The notes: generated by a model from the sequence alone, not told the origin. Positions 29,176-40,237 are shown, counted from the first letter of the stretch. The stretch: DNA of 64,000 bases from Promethearchaeota archaeon (GCA_016840085.1 JAEOTA010000056.1:5328-69327), one strand, 5' to 3'. Numbers and translations: made by a program.

Positions 29176-30729
29176 ATGTTAAGACAAATTCATATTTTTT
29201 ATTCAACGCAACACCTATTTGTTAAAGATTATGCTATTGCTTATGGAAATGAAGAATTGAAAAATGTAAAAGAAACAATTCTTAAATACATGGAGATGCC
29301 TATACCTGGAAAAACTTTCAATCGAAAAGTTTCTAATTATCAAATATTTCATAGAGGAGTAGGCAATTTGTACTTTCTATTTATTACTGATTTAGTAGAT
29401 TCACTTCAATACATTGAAACACTAATGGAAAATACAATAAAAAAATTTCAAGAATTATTTCCGAATCCTGAGAATATAAACGAAACTAGTGACGTTAAAA
29501 CTGAATTTATCAGTTTCTTAGATCAAATTCAAAGAGATTTAAGATCAAAGATTACAATTATAGGTCCAACCAATGCCGGTAAAACAACTTTTTACGATAT
29601 GTTAAGGAGTAACGGAGAAAAAATAATAATGGAAGTTGTTAAATCATCCAATTTATTAATAGATGGTTTAAGCTTTGAGATATGGGACTTTCAGTTAAAA
29701 GACAACTTCTCGCCTTTATGGGTAAAATTTATTGGTGGCTCTGATTTAGTGATTTTACTATTTAATTTATCAAATTATAATTTAAAAAGTATGAATCAAT
29801 TCTTAAATCTTCAAAAACTAGAGAGTAATTACTCAAAATTATTAATTATAGGGAATAAACGAGATTTAGTCGAGGATAAAGAGATTAAAAGGATTAAGAA
29901 TGAACTTAATATTTATGAATTTAAAGAGATTTCATTAAATTCACCTGATGCAAAATCCATTATATTACAATATATTAAAGATGCTTTAGGTTTAAAAAGA
30001 GAAATTCCTGAAAATCTTGAAGAATCAATGGAAGAAGCAAATTATTTAGCTGAAAGTGGACAAAATGTTCAAGCATTAACAAAATATAAAGAACTAAATG
30101 CTTTATATGATTCATATCAAGACTTTGAACATGTAAAAATTATTCAAGAAAGGATTGAAGCGTTAAATGCTAAACTAAAGAAACAGATGGAAATAAGAAA
30201 GGAAACTGCATTGAAAGAAGAATTTCACATCCCAATAGGTCTTAAATTTAAAAGAAAAATTTCTGTTAAGCCATTACCAACTGTTAAACCTCTGGATCAG
30301 GCGTTTGAACCAGAAGAACCTGAAGTAACAGAACTTACTTCCTCTTCAGAATCTCCACATAAAATGGTTTCTTTTCAGAAATTAGAGAAAAAACCGATGG
30401 AACTAAAAATTTTTAAAACTTCTGACGTTCCTCCAAAACCTGTAATATTTTCTAAAGATAAAGAAGAGAAAATCGAATTGGATGAATCAAAAATGCCAAT
30501 TAAATTGTTTCCCCCTCATGATGAATTGACAGAAGAATTAAGTAAACCAAAAGCTATTGAATTCATACAGGATTTACAAAGCATGATTATGGAAAAAGGA
30601 AGCACTTTAAGTTTGAAATTATGTGAACAATTAGTTTTAGATTTAGAACAATCTCTCGGTAGACCTTTATCAATTGAAGATATAAAAATAGCAGCGGATT
30701 TTTTTGTGAAACAAGAACAAATTACATAG
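29176..30729 (+). CDS. Longin domain-small GTPase (Ras superfamily) fusion with helical and low-complexity C-terminus
   Basis: LYFLFITD longin strand; GPTNAGKTT (G1), IWDF (G3), GNKRDL (G4), EISL (G5). Confidence 0.85.
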   Translation: MLRQIHIFYSTQHLFVKDYAIAYGNEELKNVKETILKYMEMPIPGKTFNRKVSNYQIFHRGVGNLYFLFITDLVDSLQYIETLMENTIKKFQELFPNPENINETSDVKTEFISFLDQIQRDLRSKITIIGPTNAGKTTFYDMLRSNGEKIIMEVVKSSNLLIDGLSFEIWDFQLKDNFSPLWVKFIGGSDLVILLFNLSNYNLKSMNQFLNLQKLESNYSKLLIIGNKRDLVEDKEIKRIKNELNIYEFKEISLNSPDAKSIILQYIKDALGLKREIPENLEESMEEANYLAESGQNVQALTKYKELNALYDSYQDFEHVKIIQERIEALNAKLKKQMEIRKETALKEEFHIPIGLKFKRKISVKPLPTVKPLDQAFEPEEPEVTELTSSSESPHKMVSFQKLEKKPMELKIFKTSDVPPKPVIFSKDKEEKIELDESKMPIKLFPPHDELTEELSKPKAIEFIQDLQSMIMEKGSTLSLKLCEQLVLDLEQSLGRPLSIEDIKIAADFFVKQEQIT

Positions 30730-30890
30730 TTTTAATAACTTCTTCTACATAGTTCAAAAAAAGTTCACAACATACTTCTTTTAAAGCTATTTAATATTAG
30801 AAATTATGAATAAAGAATTGGTAAAGCTTTTTTGTAAAAGCTTAACTAATTCACTTAAACTTTAGTTAAAAATTCAAATATTTAAGAAAA

Positions 30891-32396
30891 GTGTTAAAAA
30901 TGAGTGCTATAAAAGAACTTCGGGAATATTTTGGCGAAATCATGACATTACATTATACACAAGCTGCTTTAGGATGGGATCAAGAAGTAAATATGCAAAA
31001 TTATCGTACACTGGAAGGAAGGTCTAAACAAGTATCTCTACTCGAAAAATTAATTCATAAACGAGTTACCTCTGAAAAAGTTGGTAAATTAATTAGGGAA
31101 GCTCAAAAACTTACTAATCTTACCGAAATTGAGAGTGCTATGTTGCGAGAAATAACCAGAGAATATGAATTAGAAACCAAATTACCCGAAAAATTAGTCA
31201 TAGAAATTGCAGAAACAAGTATATTAGCCGCAAAAGAATGGAGAGAAGCCTACACTAAAAGTGAGTTTTCAACTTTTCAAGAACTGTTAGAAAAAACAGT
31301 TGAATTGCAAAAGGAAAAAGCTACTAAACTGGCAACACATCCTGATATATATTCTACCCTTATTGATTTGTACGAACCAGGTGCTACATATGGTTGGATT
31401 GCGAATATCTTCAATCCCATAAAACCAAAAATAATTGATTTCGTAAAAAAGTTAAATTCATCTTCAGATAAACCTGATGATTCTATATTACATAAAAATT
31501 ATGATATCAATAAGCAATTTGAACTTAGTTTTGAGCTTATAAAAAAATTACATTATGATCTAGGAATTGGGCGTCAGGACAGATCAACTCATCCCTTTAC
31601 ATCATCTTTAGCTTCAATGGATATTCGTATTACTACACGAACACGAGAAGATTTTCTTAATGAATGTATTTTTGGCACGATACATGAATGTGGTCATGCA
31701 CTGTACGAGATGGGTATTAAGAAAGAGCTTCATAATACTATTTTGTGTAATGGTACTTCGATGGGAATCCATGAATCACAATCAAGAATGTGGGAAAATA
31801 TCGTCGGGAGAAGTAAAGAATATTGGTCCTATTGGTATCCGACTTTTCAAAAATATTTCCCCGAAAATTTGAAAGAATATCCAATGGAAGAATTTCACCG
31901 TGCGGTCAACTGTGTTCAACCATCATTTATTAGAGTCAATGCTGACGAGGTCACATATGGTTTACATGTAATTTTAAGATTTGAAATAGAAAAAGACCTA
32001 ATTGAAGGCAAAATCCAAGTAAATGAATTGCCAGAAATATGGAATTCTAGAATGGAAGAATACTTAGGAATTATACCGGCTAATGATAAAGAAGGAGTTC
32101 TCCAAGATATACATTGGTCAATGGGAGCTATAGGTTATTTCCCGACCTATTTCTTGGGGAGCTTATATGCTTCGCAAATTTATTCAGATGCTATTAAGAA
32201 GATGCCACATCTTCCTGAAGATTATAAGAAAGGTGAATTTTCAAACCTATTAAATTACTTAAGAGAAAATGTACATCAATACGGGAAAATTTACAGAGCC
32301 AATGATTTAATAAAGAGGATAACTGGAGAAGATCTAAATCCAGACTACTTTTTCAAATACATTGAGGAAAAATTTTATCCAATCTATAAACTCTAA
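30891..32396 (+). CDS. Carboxypeptidase, M32 family
   Basis: LGWDQE, HPF, HECGH, HESQSR, IRVNAD, QDIHW, GYFPTY. Confidence 0.96.
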   Translation: MLKMSAIKELREYFGEIMTLHYTQAALGWDQEVNMQNYRTLEGRSKQVSLLEKLIHKRVTSEKVGKLIREAQKLTNLTEIESAMLREITREYELETKLPEKLVIEIAETSILAAKEWREAYTKSEFSTFQELLEKTVELQKEKATKLATHPDIYSTLIDLYEPGATYGWIANIFNPIKPKIIDFVKKLNSSSDKPDDSILHKNYDINKQFELSFELIKKLHYDLGIGRQDRSTHPFTSSLASMDIRITTRTREDFLNECIFGTIHECGHALYEMGIKKELHNTILCNGTSMGIHESQSRMWENIVGRSKEYWSYWYPTFQKYFPENLKEYPMEEFHRAVNCVQPSFIRVNADEVTYGLHVILRFEIEKDLIEGKIQVNELPEIWNSRMEEYLGIIPANDKEGVLQDIHWSMGAIGYFPTYFLGSLYASQIYSDAIKKMPHLPEDYKKGEFSNLLNYLRENVHQYGKIYRANDLIKRITGEDLNPDYFFKYIEEKFYPIYKL

Positions 32397-32468
32397 TCTA
32401 TTTTTTTATTTTTTAAAAATTTTTAAAATAGACATTCTTTTATTTTATATTTCATAAGGATAGAAAAA

Positions 32469-33083
32469 ATGCTCTTACAAGTAAAAAAATTTTCAGAAAA
32501 ACTTTTACTCCCCCTAGGTAAAAAGGTAAAACGAGTACCTGCAAATTATTTTACATTTTTTGGAGTAATTACCGCATTTATAACTTTCATAGGTTTTTTA
32601 TTTCAATTTCTGTTATTAGTCATAGTTTTCTTGTTTATTACTGAATTTTTTGATCAACTAGATGGAGTAGTAGCCCGTCTTCAAGGTCCTACAGAATTGG
32701 GCGCATTTTTAGACTCAATGTTAGATAGAATAGGAGATTTTTTCATATTTGTTGGTGTTATTCTTAGTGGATATACCACTTTTGAGATTGGAATTATAGT
32801 GTTAATTGGCGCCTTTTTGACTTCATATTCTAGAGCAAAAATAGAAGTTTTAGGTATCGAGAATCTTTATGGTGTAGGCTTACTCGAAAGAACGGATCGA
32901 ATACCAATCTTATTCATTGGAGCACTTTTGCAAATTTGGTTTCCTATAGCTATTTGGTGGACTATGATAATTTTAGCAGTTGGAACTAATATAACAGTGA
33001 TTCAAAGAATAATTTTTGCTTATCGAAACTTTTCAAAAAACCAAAAAGAACGTAAACTTAAAGCATTGAGAAACGTTAAATAA
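32469..33083 (+). CDS. CDP-alcohol phosphatidyltransferase (archaetidylinositol-phosphate synthase-like)
   Basis: DQLDGVVAR...GAFLDSMLDRIGD signature; SYSRAKIE. Confidence 0.92.
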   Translation: MLLQVKKFSEKLLLPLGKKVKRVPANYFTFFGVITAFITFIGFLFQFLLLVIVFLFITEFFDQLDGVVARLQGPTELGAFLDSMLDRIGDFFIFVGVILSGYTTFEIGIIVLIGAFLTSYSRAKIEVLGIENLYGVGLLERTDRIPILFIGALLQIWFPIAIWWTMIILAVGTNITVIQRIIFAYRNFSKNQKERKLKALRNVK

Positions 33084-33104
33084 GAGAATTTTTAATATTT
33101 TTTT

Positions 33105-34331
33105 ATGGGATTAAAAGATTTAGTTGAACTCAAAAAAAGAGAAAACCGTCTTATTCTAATTCTTGTGATTTGGCTTTTAGTTGGATTTACAGCTGTTCAA
33201 TTTAGAACAACTCGAAATATTGGTATTGTTATATTTTTACCACTTTTAGGAATTTTAATCATTTTATTATTAGCTTCAGTAATTTTTAAAAAGGATTTAA
33301 AACAAATGACATTTAAATCAATATTAAAATATTGCCTATTAGCTATTCCACTCTTTTTGATCTTTACTGCACTTGTTTTTTTCGCAGTTCTAATTTTAAT
33401 AGTTATTTCTATTCTTTCTTACATATTTATAACATCATTATTTACATTACACAGTTGCTATAAATGGGGTGTAGATTTAGATGAAAAAATATATAAATTG
33501 CCAAAACTTCTGAATTTTCTTTTAAGGATAATAACATTCGTAGGAGGCCTAATTCTTTCTATCATCATAATGTTATTAATTGCTAATATCGGTTTTAATT
33601 GGGGTATCATCCCAGAAGAGGTATTAAGTGAATTAGGTCATATCCCATGGGTCATGATAACTTTTTTTATAATCTTATTTTTAGTCTGTTTATTATTTCT
33701 TTTTATAGGCAAATTTAACGCATGGTTTGGAGTCTTTCTCATTTATGTTTCGATTTATGCTTCTTATTTAATATTGAAAGCTTCTTTAAGTTTAATTAAA
33801 AGTGAAGAATCTGTATTAGCACTCCCAATACAAATATCTCTTTACTTTTTTGATTTATTTCTATTACTTGTAACAATGGGAAGTTTAATTGGGAAAAAGG
33901 CTGAAATTATAAGTAAAAAATTGAAATTCATAAAATCTGAAATAATAATAATTTGGTTAATCTTTTCTAAATCAGCCTATGAATTTATTTTTGCTCTTCC
34001 TACTCCGGATGAGGGTATGCCTACTTCATTTTCATTCATAATGATTTCATTCATAATTTTTATCCCACTCTTTTTATTTATTGGCTTTTATGGAATTTAT
34101 AATTATTTTAAATTAAAAAAGCAAAGAAAAGAGAAAAAGAAAGCCAAGAAACTAAAGAGAAAAGATTTGGAAGAGATTAGGATTACCGAAGAAGAAAAAT
34201 TTGAAGAAGAAAAGCTAGAAAATATTCCTATACAAGAGATTCGAGAAGAGCTTTTAACCTGTCCTTCTTGTTTAGCAATTAATAGGAAGGGTGCAAAATA
34301 CTGTAGTAAATGTGGTTTTGAAATTAAATAA
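33105..34331 (+). CDS. Polytopic membrane protein with C-terminal zinc ribbon
   Basis: Many TM segments; CPSC..YCSKCG. Confidence 0.8.
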   Translation: MGLKDLVELKKRENRLILILVIWLLVGFTAVQFRTTRNIGIVIFLPLLGILIILLLASVIFKKDLKQMTFKSILKYCLLAIPLFLIFTALVFFAVLILIVISILSYIFITSLFTLHSCYKWGVDLDEKIYKLPKLLNFLLRIITFVGGLILSIIIMLLIANIGFNWGIIPEEVLSELGHIPWVMITFFIILFLVCLLFLFIGKFNAWFGVFLIYVSIYASYLILKASLSLIKSEESVLALPIQISLYFFDLFLLLVTMGSLIGKKAEIISKKLKFIKSEIIIIWLIFSKSAYEFIFALPTPDEGMPTSFSFIMISFIIFIPLFLFIGFYGIYNYFKLKKQRKEKKKAKKLKRKDLEEIRITEEEKFEEEKLENIPIQEIREELLTCPSCLAINRKGAKYCSKCGFEIK

Positions 34332-34378
34332 AATAATAAAATACTTTTTAAAGAATTATATAAAAAGATAATTACACC

Positions 34379-35038
34379 TTAAAATTGCACACGGTTAAAT
34401 AGAAGTATATTTATACCCATTATTACAGTAGTAATAGATATTCCCAAAATTAACGCTAATAATTCGGGATCTAAACCTGGTATAAAGAATGTAGGTAAAA
34501 TTATAATAGAAGATAATTGACCGCCTAAATATACTGCTAAAATTGCTGCTACTGCAACTGAAGATACTAATACACCAATACATATACCTATAGAACATGT
34601 AATAGCCATTGAGGACATACTTATTATCAGAGAATCAAACATTGAATTTAAGTAATTTTCAGGAAATCCTATCGTACTGATATCAATTAATAACCCAACT
34701 ATAAGGGATATAAAAATGGCTATAATTAAACATAAGAAAACAGCAAAAAACTTTGCTAACAGTAAATTGTACCGCTTCACAGGTCTTATCAGAAATAATT
34801 CATAAACGTGACGATTTTTTTCGCTTACAATTGATGTACTAAGCATAATAGAGGAAAGCGTTCCACCAATACTAGAAACAAGGAGGACAACTAAAAATGA
34901 AATTGGAAAATCTTCAGTTGGAGGTTGAATAAAATGAATTAAGAATGATAATAATGGTAATCCAAACCATAAAACTATCATTACTTTAGATTTTGCATAT
35001 CCTTTTAATTCGTCAAAAAAAAGTAGTATAAAGCTCAG
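34379..35038 (-). CDS. ABC-2 type permease
   Basis: SIVSEK..YELFLIRPVKR..LLAKF; frame extends to CTG at 35038, overlapping the upstream TGA. Confidence 0.85.
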   Translation of the reverse strand: MSFILLFFDELKGYAKSKVMIVLWFGLPLLSFLIHFIQPPTEDFPISFLVVLLVSSIGGTLSSIMLSTSIVSEKNRHVYELFLIRPVKRYNLLLAKFFAVFLCLIIAIFISLIVGLLIDISTIGFPENYLNSMFDSLIISMSSMAITCSIGICIGVLVSSVAVAAILAVYLGGQLSSIIILPTFFIPGLDPELLALILGISITTVIMGINILLFNRVQF

Positions 35039-36039
35039 AAAGTTCCACCTCCGACATATTTTAAATATACATCTTCCAAACTAGGTTTTACAAGATTGAA
35101 ATTTCTGATTCTGCATTTCTGTTTTGCTAATTTATTCAAAATCTGAAATATAATTGAATCTACATCGGTATCAGATTTCAAATGGATTAATTGGATGTTT
35201 GATCTTATTTTCTCAATATATTCAACATCCATTAAATCATCTAATCCTTCACATAAAGGAGTGTTTTCTGCAACTTCAATTTGTATTATATTTCCTATAT
35301 GAAAGCTACTTTGAAGATCTTCAGGAGTTCCAATTTTCATAATCTGACCTTGATTTAAAATACCGATTTTATCTGCAATATTTTGTACATCACTTAAGAT
35401 ATGCGATGAAAACAAAATAGTTATTCCACTTTTAGAAAGTTGTTTAATAATATTTTTGAATTGAAATCGACTTGTTGGATCTAATCCTGATAATGGTTCA
35501 TCTAAAACCAAGATTTCTGGTTCATGTAAAAGAGCTTGGCATAATCTTAATTTTTGGAACATACCACCTGATAAATAAGTTATCTTTTTATATCTTACAT
35601 CTGATAGATTTAGCAAATTTAAAACTTCTTGAATTCGGTTTTCAAGGTGATTTGAACTAAGTCCTGATAAACGACCAAAGGTTTTAAGACTGTGATCGAC
35701 AGTACGCCATTCTTGAAAACCAGCTTCTTGTGGATGATATCCTATTAGATTTTTTACCTCTTTCAAATTATTGTAAATACTCTTTCCATTAACATAAACA
35801 TCACCTTTGTAGTCCTTGATTAAGCCAACTAAAATTTTGATTGTTGTTGTTTTACCTGCTCCATTTGGACCAATATAACCAAATATATCTCCCTTTTGGA
35901 TTGCAAAAGAGACATTATCTAAGGCTAATAACATTTTATATTTTTTAGATACATTACGGAACTCTATTAATGTATCTCTATTCGATAACTTATTATTCTG
36001 TCTTGTAGTATTAATTTCTTTTTTTCCATTTAAAGCCAT
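35035..36039 (-). CDS. ABC transporter ATP-binding protein
   Basis: GPNGAGKTT, LSGGM, LDEPLSGLDP, SSH. Confidence 0.96.
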   Translation of the reverse strand: MALNGKKEINTTRQNNKLSNRDTLIEFRNVSKKYKMLLALDNVSFAIQKGDIFGYIGPNGAGKTTTIKILVGLIKDYKGDVYVNGKSIYNNLKEVKNLIGYHPQEAGFQEWRTVDHSLKTFGRLSGLSSNHLENRIQEVLNLLNLSDVRYKKITYLSGGMFQKLRLCQALLHEPEILVLDEPLSGLDPTSRFQFKNIIKQLSKSGITILFSSHILSDVQNIADKIGILNQGQIMKIGTPEDLQSSFHIGNIIQIEVAENTPLCEGLDDLMDVEYIEKIRSNIQLIHLKSDTDVDSIIFQILNKLAKQKCRIRNFNLVKPSLEDVYLKYVGGGTF

Positions 36040-36187
36040 AGTAATTATAGAATATTCTGATATTTTATATTATAATTAAGTTATCTATTATCCACCTTAA
36101 ACTTTTCCCGCCCAAATAAAATCTATAGTAATGGTTCTATTAAATTGAAAAATATTAGCAAACTCTTCTTTTTTTTAGCATTTATTC

Positions 36188-37342
36188 TTACTTTCTTAAT
36201 TTAGGTGGAGGTACATAGACTTTTCTCATACCTTCCAATAAAGATATAGCATTTTCAGGACAAAAATGAGCACACACTCCACATCCTATACACCATTCCG
36301 CGTTCCGAACGGCTATATTTTTATCATCATTAAAATGTATTGCTTTTGTTGGACATTTTTCAACACACGTTCCACACCCAGTACATTTTTCATTGTCAAT
36401 TTTAGATAAATAATTTGTCCAATTCATCATTGGTAAAACACCTTCTCTCCATAGTTCGAACGTTGCACAGCAATCCTCACAACAATTGCAAATACTTGTC
36501 TCAGCTTTAGTAATATCTTCGTGAGGATGGAAAGCTTTATGAACTAATCCTGCTTCTTCAGATTTTTTCAAAATTTTTAATGCTTCATTTTTATCTATAA
36601 GTCTAGCAAAACCTTGTTCTGTTGTATAACGAGCAGATTTTCCGAATGTAAAACAATTTTCTCTCATTCCTGTTTGTTTGCAAGGAGTTCCTAATAAATC
36701 TTTATGATGTCTACAAAAGCAATGACCAACAGCGATATAATCAAACTTTTCAATAAGTTTTCCAACATTTTGAGTAGTCACTATGGATTCTTCTGGTATT
36801 TCTAATTTTTGGTTAACTGAAATCTCAATTTCATCTCCAGAAGCAGTTTTATCTAAAATGGGAACAGTTCTATCTAATGGAGGGAATTTTCGAAAAACAG
36901 GTTCTAAAACATCATATTTTGATTGAACTGTGTCTTTTACTTCATCAAACAATTTTTTGAATAAATGTGCAATCCTCTTTTCTACTGGACTATATTTAAG
37001 CTTTTGCATAAATATATACTCAAAAGGTCCAACCATCATTAATGGGAGCAGTCGATAAACCATTATACCTTTCGAACTTTGTTGATTGAAGATTACACCT
37101 TTTTTAGCAAGAGATTCCACGTTATTTAAGATTTCCTCTTCAGATAATTTACTAGTTTTCTGAAGTTCTTCTAATGTTTGAGATTTCTTAAGTTTGAAAG
37201 CGTTAATAAAATCTAACTCACTCTCATCAATAAGATACTTTAGAATTTCTATTAAAGTATCATTAACAGGAAATGGGAGACGGCCAGCTTTTACTATTAT
37301 TCTTGCTGCTCTCTTGTACTTTTCCTCAGACATTTTTATCAA
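36188..37342 (-). CDS. wHTH + 4Fe-4S dicluster protein
   Basis: CFCR, ICNCCEDCC, CTGCGTCVEKCP and CIGCGVCAHFCP. Confidence 0.88.
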   Translation of the reverse strand: MIKMSEEKYKRAARIIVKAGRLPFPVNDTLIEILKYLIDESELDFINAFKLKKSQTLEELQKTSKLSEEEILNNVESLAKKGVIFNQQSSKGIMVYRLLPLMMVGPFEYIFMQKLKYSPVEKRIAHLFKKLFDEVKDTVQSKYDVLEPVFRKFPPLDRTVPILDKTASGDEIEISVNQKLEIPEESIVTTQNVGKLIEKFDYIAVGHCFCRHHKDLLGTPCKQTGMRENCFTFGKSARYTTEQGFARLIDKNEALKILKKSEEAGLVHKAFHPHEDITKAETSICNCCEDCCATFELWREGVLPMMNWTNYLSKIDNEKCTGCGTCVEKCPTKAIHFNDDKNIAVRNAEWCIGCGVCAHFCPENAISLLEGMRKVYVPPPKLRK

Positions 37343-37439
37343 TCATTTTTACAAGATTTTTTTATTGTAGTTTTGATTAAAAACTATTTAACTATATTTG
37401 TTTACAATTGAGTAATTCTCACTGTAATTTTCATTTATT

Positions 37440-38810
37440 TTAATAAAGATTCTCAAATTCAGAAATCCCTTTTATAATACCGACTTTTCTAATCCTTAAA
37501 ATAGTAGAAACACGTGTTTTTCTGAATTTTCGAAAGCTAACGCTTAATACGTGATAATCAGGTAAAATTGTTCTTTGTCTTTTTTCAATATAATTTTTCC
37601 ATGAATTATAGAAACAAATTTTACCTAAATCCATTCTTGGAGTTGGTTTTGGGTAATTTTTTGCGTATCCAAAAATGGCCATACTTGGTATATGCCAATC
37701 TTTAGGGATGTTTAAGATTTTCCTTAGATTTCCACGATTAAAAGCTCCAATCCAACAAGAACCAATCCCCAATGTATGAGCTCTTAATAACACATTTTGA
37801 ATAATTGAGCCTGTGTCGGTTTCGGCATAAAAACCTGGTGAATTATTAGAACAATCATATGCTACTACAATAATTAAGGGCACTTTTCGAACATGGCTCT
37901 GTTGTACAACTATCTTTGCACTTTTAGCGGTTTGTTTAAGTACTTCTTTATCATCAATAATAATTATTTTTAAATAGGGGTGATCTATTGTTAAGGGAAT
38001 CATCATACCTGCTTTTAATAATTCTAAAATAATGCCTTTAGGAATGTCTTTATTCTCATCATATTTTCTTATTGATCTTCTATCAACAATTGCATCAACA
38101 GCATCAATATCATAATTTTGATAATTTATACTTTCATCTTGTAAACTCCTTCCTTCTAAATTATTTCCCCATAAATTATAAAAATATAAATCCTTGAAAT
38201 CCTTTCTTTTATATTCCTTTGTATCGAATAATTCTTTTGCTTTCCCAATCACTAATACAGCATCAATGAATATTGATTGTGGAATATTAAATTTTTCTCT
38301 AATAAATTCCCTATCAAAAATCCTTACCCAACGGGTATGGTATCCTAATTCATATGACATTAGAATCATATTCGTAATCGCTGCACCCATATCAGTAGAT
38401 CCAAATATTTTCCCTGATATAGTGCTTTTATGAGTGCAAAGGATAAAAAATGACGCTGATTTAGCACAGTCAATATCATTAGAGTGGTGTTTAAATATAA
38501 AGTCCTTATATTTATCAGTCTTAGCATTGTAATTTTCAGTAGAGAAGACAAAATTACTCCTTAATTCAGGTGATTTAACATCCTGCAATGTTGTTTTTAA
38601 TCTGGGATCCTTTGCTATAATTGATTGGATGATAGTATCTTTACCTTTTTGAGTATTAATTACTAGAAATCTCCAGACTTGTTGATTCTCGGCAGAAGGA
38701 GCAAATCGTCCAGCTTCTAAGATCTTTAATATTTCATTCTTTGGTATTTCAAAGTTAGATTCAAATTTCAGTGGTTTTTTCCATGTTTTAATAATTTCTT
38801 TTAAATACAT
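37440..38810 (-). CDS. Tandem two-domain nitroreductase
   Basis: APSAENQQVWRF (domain 1); RRSIRKY, GIGSCWIG (domain 2). Confidence 0.88.
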   Translation of the reverse strand: MYLKEIIKTWKKPLKFESNFEIPKNEILKILEAGRFAPSAENQQVWRFLVINTQKGKDTIIQSIIAKDPRLKTTLQDVKSPELRSNFVFSTENYNAKTDKYKDFIFKHHSNDIDCAKSASFFILCTHKSTISGKIFGSTDMGAAITNMILMSYELGYHTRWVRIFDREFIREKFNIPQSIFIDAVLVIGKAKELFDTKEYKRKDFKDLYFYNLWGNNLEGRSLQDESINYQNYDIDAVDAIVDRRSIRKYDENKDIPKGIILELLKAGMMIPLTIDHPYLKIIIIDDKEVLKQTAKSAKIVVQQSHVRKVPLIIVVAYDCSNNSPGFYAETDTGSIIQNVLLRAHTLGIGSCWIGAFNRGNLRKILNIPKDWHIPSMAIFGYAKNYPKPTPRMDLGKICFYNSWKNYIEKRQRTILPDYHVLSVSFRKFRKTRVSTILRIRKVGIIKGISEFENLY

Positions 38811-38911
38811 AGAAATAATTACTTGGTTAATAATTAATGTTAAAATTATTTGTTAACCTAGTTAGTAAATATAATTAATTAAAATTGATACATTTTCAGT
38901 GTTGATAAACT

Positions 38912-40237
38912 ATGGGAAAAAATTCATGTTTAATAATTGGTCACGGCGCCAGAGAACATGTTATTGGTGAAACTCTTGTTGGAGATGGAGTAAAATTATT
39001 TTCCTTTATGAGTTTTAAAAATGCGGGATTAGAAGATTTAAGTAAAGATATCAAAATTCACTCTGAAACTGATTTTCAAGAGATTATAGACTTTTGTAAA
39101 GAAAAAAATATTGATTTTGCTGTAATTGGTCCGGAAGCTCCATTAGTAGTTGGAATCGTAGATGCTTTAGAAAAAGTTGGAATCCCATGCGTTGGGCCAA
39201 AAATAGAAGCTGCTCAATTAGAGGGTTCAAAAGTCTTTACCAGAAACTTATTAGAAAAATATAAGATTAAATCAAATGTTAGAAGTAAAATGTTTGATTC
39301 AATGGAAAGAATAGACAGCTATATCAAAGACATGGGTGTCGAAAACATAGTTGTGAAACCAGAAGGGTTAACTGGGGGTAAAGGAGTTAAAGTTTATGGT
39401 GATCACCTTTTTTCGACACAAGACATTTTAGATTATTGCCAAGAATTAGTAAGCAAAAAAAGTAGATTTCTTTTAGAAGAGAGGTGTGTGGGTGAAGAAT
39501 TCACATTGCAGACTTTTGTTGATGGTAAAAATGTAATTGGCTCACCCTTAGTTCAAGATCATAAAAGAGCATATGAAGATGATAAGGGACCAAATACAGG
39601 AGGGATGGGGAGTTATTCAATGGAAGATCATCTTATGCCTTTTTTTACTCAAAAAGATGTTGATGAAGCTCTCGAAGATATGAAAAAGACGGTAGCAGCA
39701 GTTAAAGCTGAAACAGGAGTAGGATATAAAGGATTTTTATATGGGCAATTCATGAAAACAGCGAAGGGATTAAAACTAATAGAATTTAATTCTCGATGGG
39801 GTGATCCTGAAGCGATGAATGTTTTACCACTCCTTGAAGGAAATTTTGTAGATATCTGTTGGTCAATCATAAATGGAAATTTATCACAAAATATTGAATT
39901 TGAAAATAAGGCTACGGTGTGTAAATATTTGGCTCCAGAGGGATATCCTGTGAATCCTAAAAAAGATGAGCAAGTAATTATAAACAAGGAGAAAATTAAC
40001 AAAACAGGGGCAAAATACTACTATGCTTCGGTTTATCGAGAAGGTGAAAAGATATTTACTACTACTTCGAGAGCAATGGGAGTATTAGGGATTGCAGATT
40101 CTTTAGAAGAAGCTGAAAAAATTAGTGAATCCGGAGTTGCATGTATAGAGGGTAGACTCTTTCATAGAAAGGATGTAGGTACACGGAGGTTATTACAGAA
40201 GCGAATTGATCACATGAATTCCCTTTTAAAAAAATAA
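38912..40237 (+). CDS. purD: Phosphoribosylamine--glycine ligase
   Basis: GAREH, GPEAPL, LEGSK, GKGV, QDHKR, GPNTGGMG, GDPEA. Confidence 0.97.
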   Translation: MGKNSCLIIGHGAREHVIGETLVGDGVKLFSFMSFKNAGLEDLSKDIKIHSETDFQEIIDFCKEKNIDFAVIGPEAPLVVGIVDALEKVGIPCVGPKIEAAQLEGSKVFTRNLLEKYKIKSNVRSKMFDSMERIDSYIKDMGVENIVVKPEGLTGGKGVKVYGDHLFSTQDILDYCQELVSKKSRFLLEERCVGEEFTLQTFVDGKNVIGSPLVQDHKRAYEDDKGPNTGGMGSYSMEDHLMPFFTQKDVDEALEDMKKTVAAVKAETGVGYKGFLYGQFMKTAKGLKLIEFNSRWGDPEAMNVLPLLEGNFVDICWSIINGNLSQNIEFENKATVCKYLAPEGYPVNPKKDEQVIINKEKINKTGAKYYYASVYREGEKIFTTTSRAMGVLGIADSLEEAEKISESGVACIEGRLFHRKDVGTRRLLQKRIDHMNSLLKK

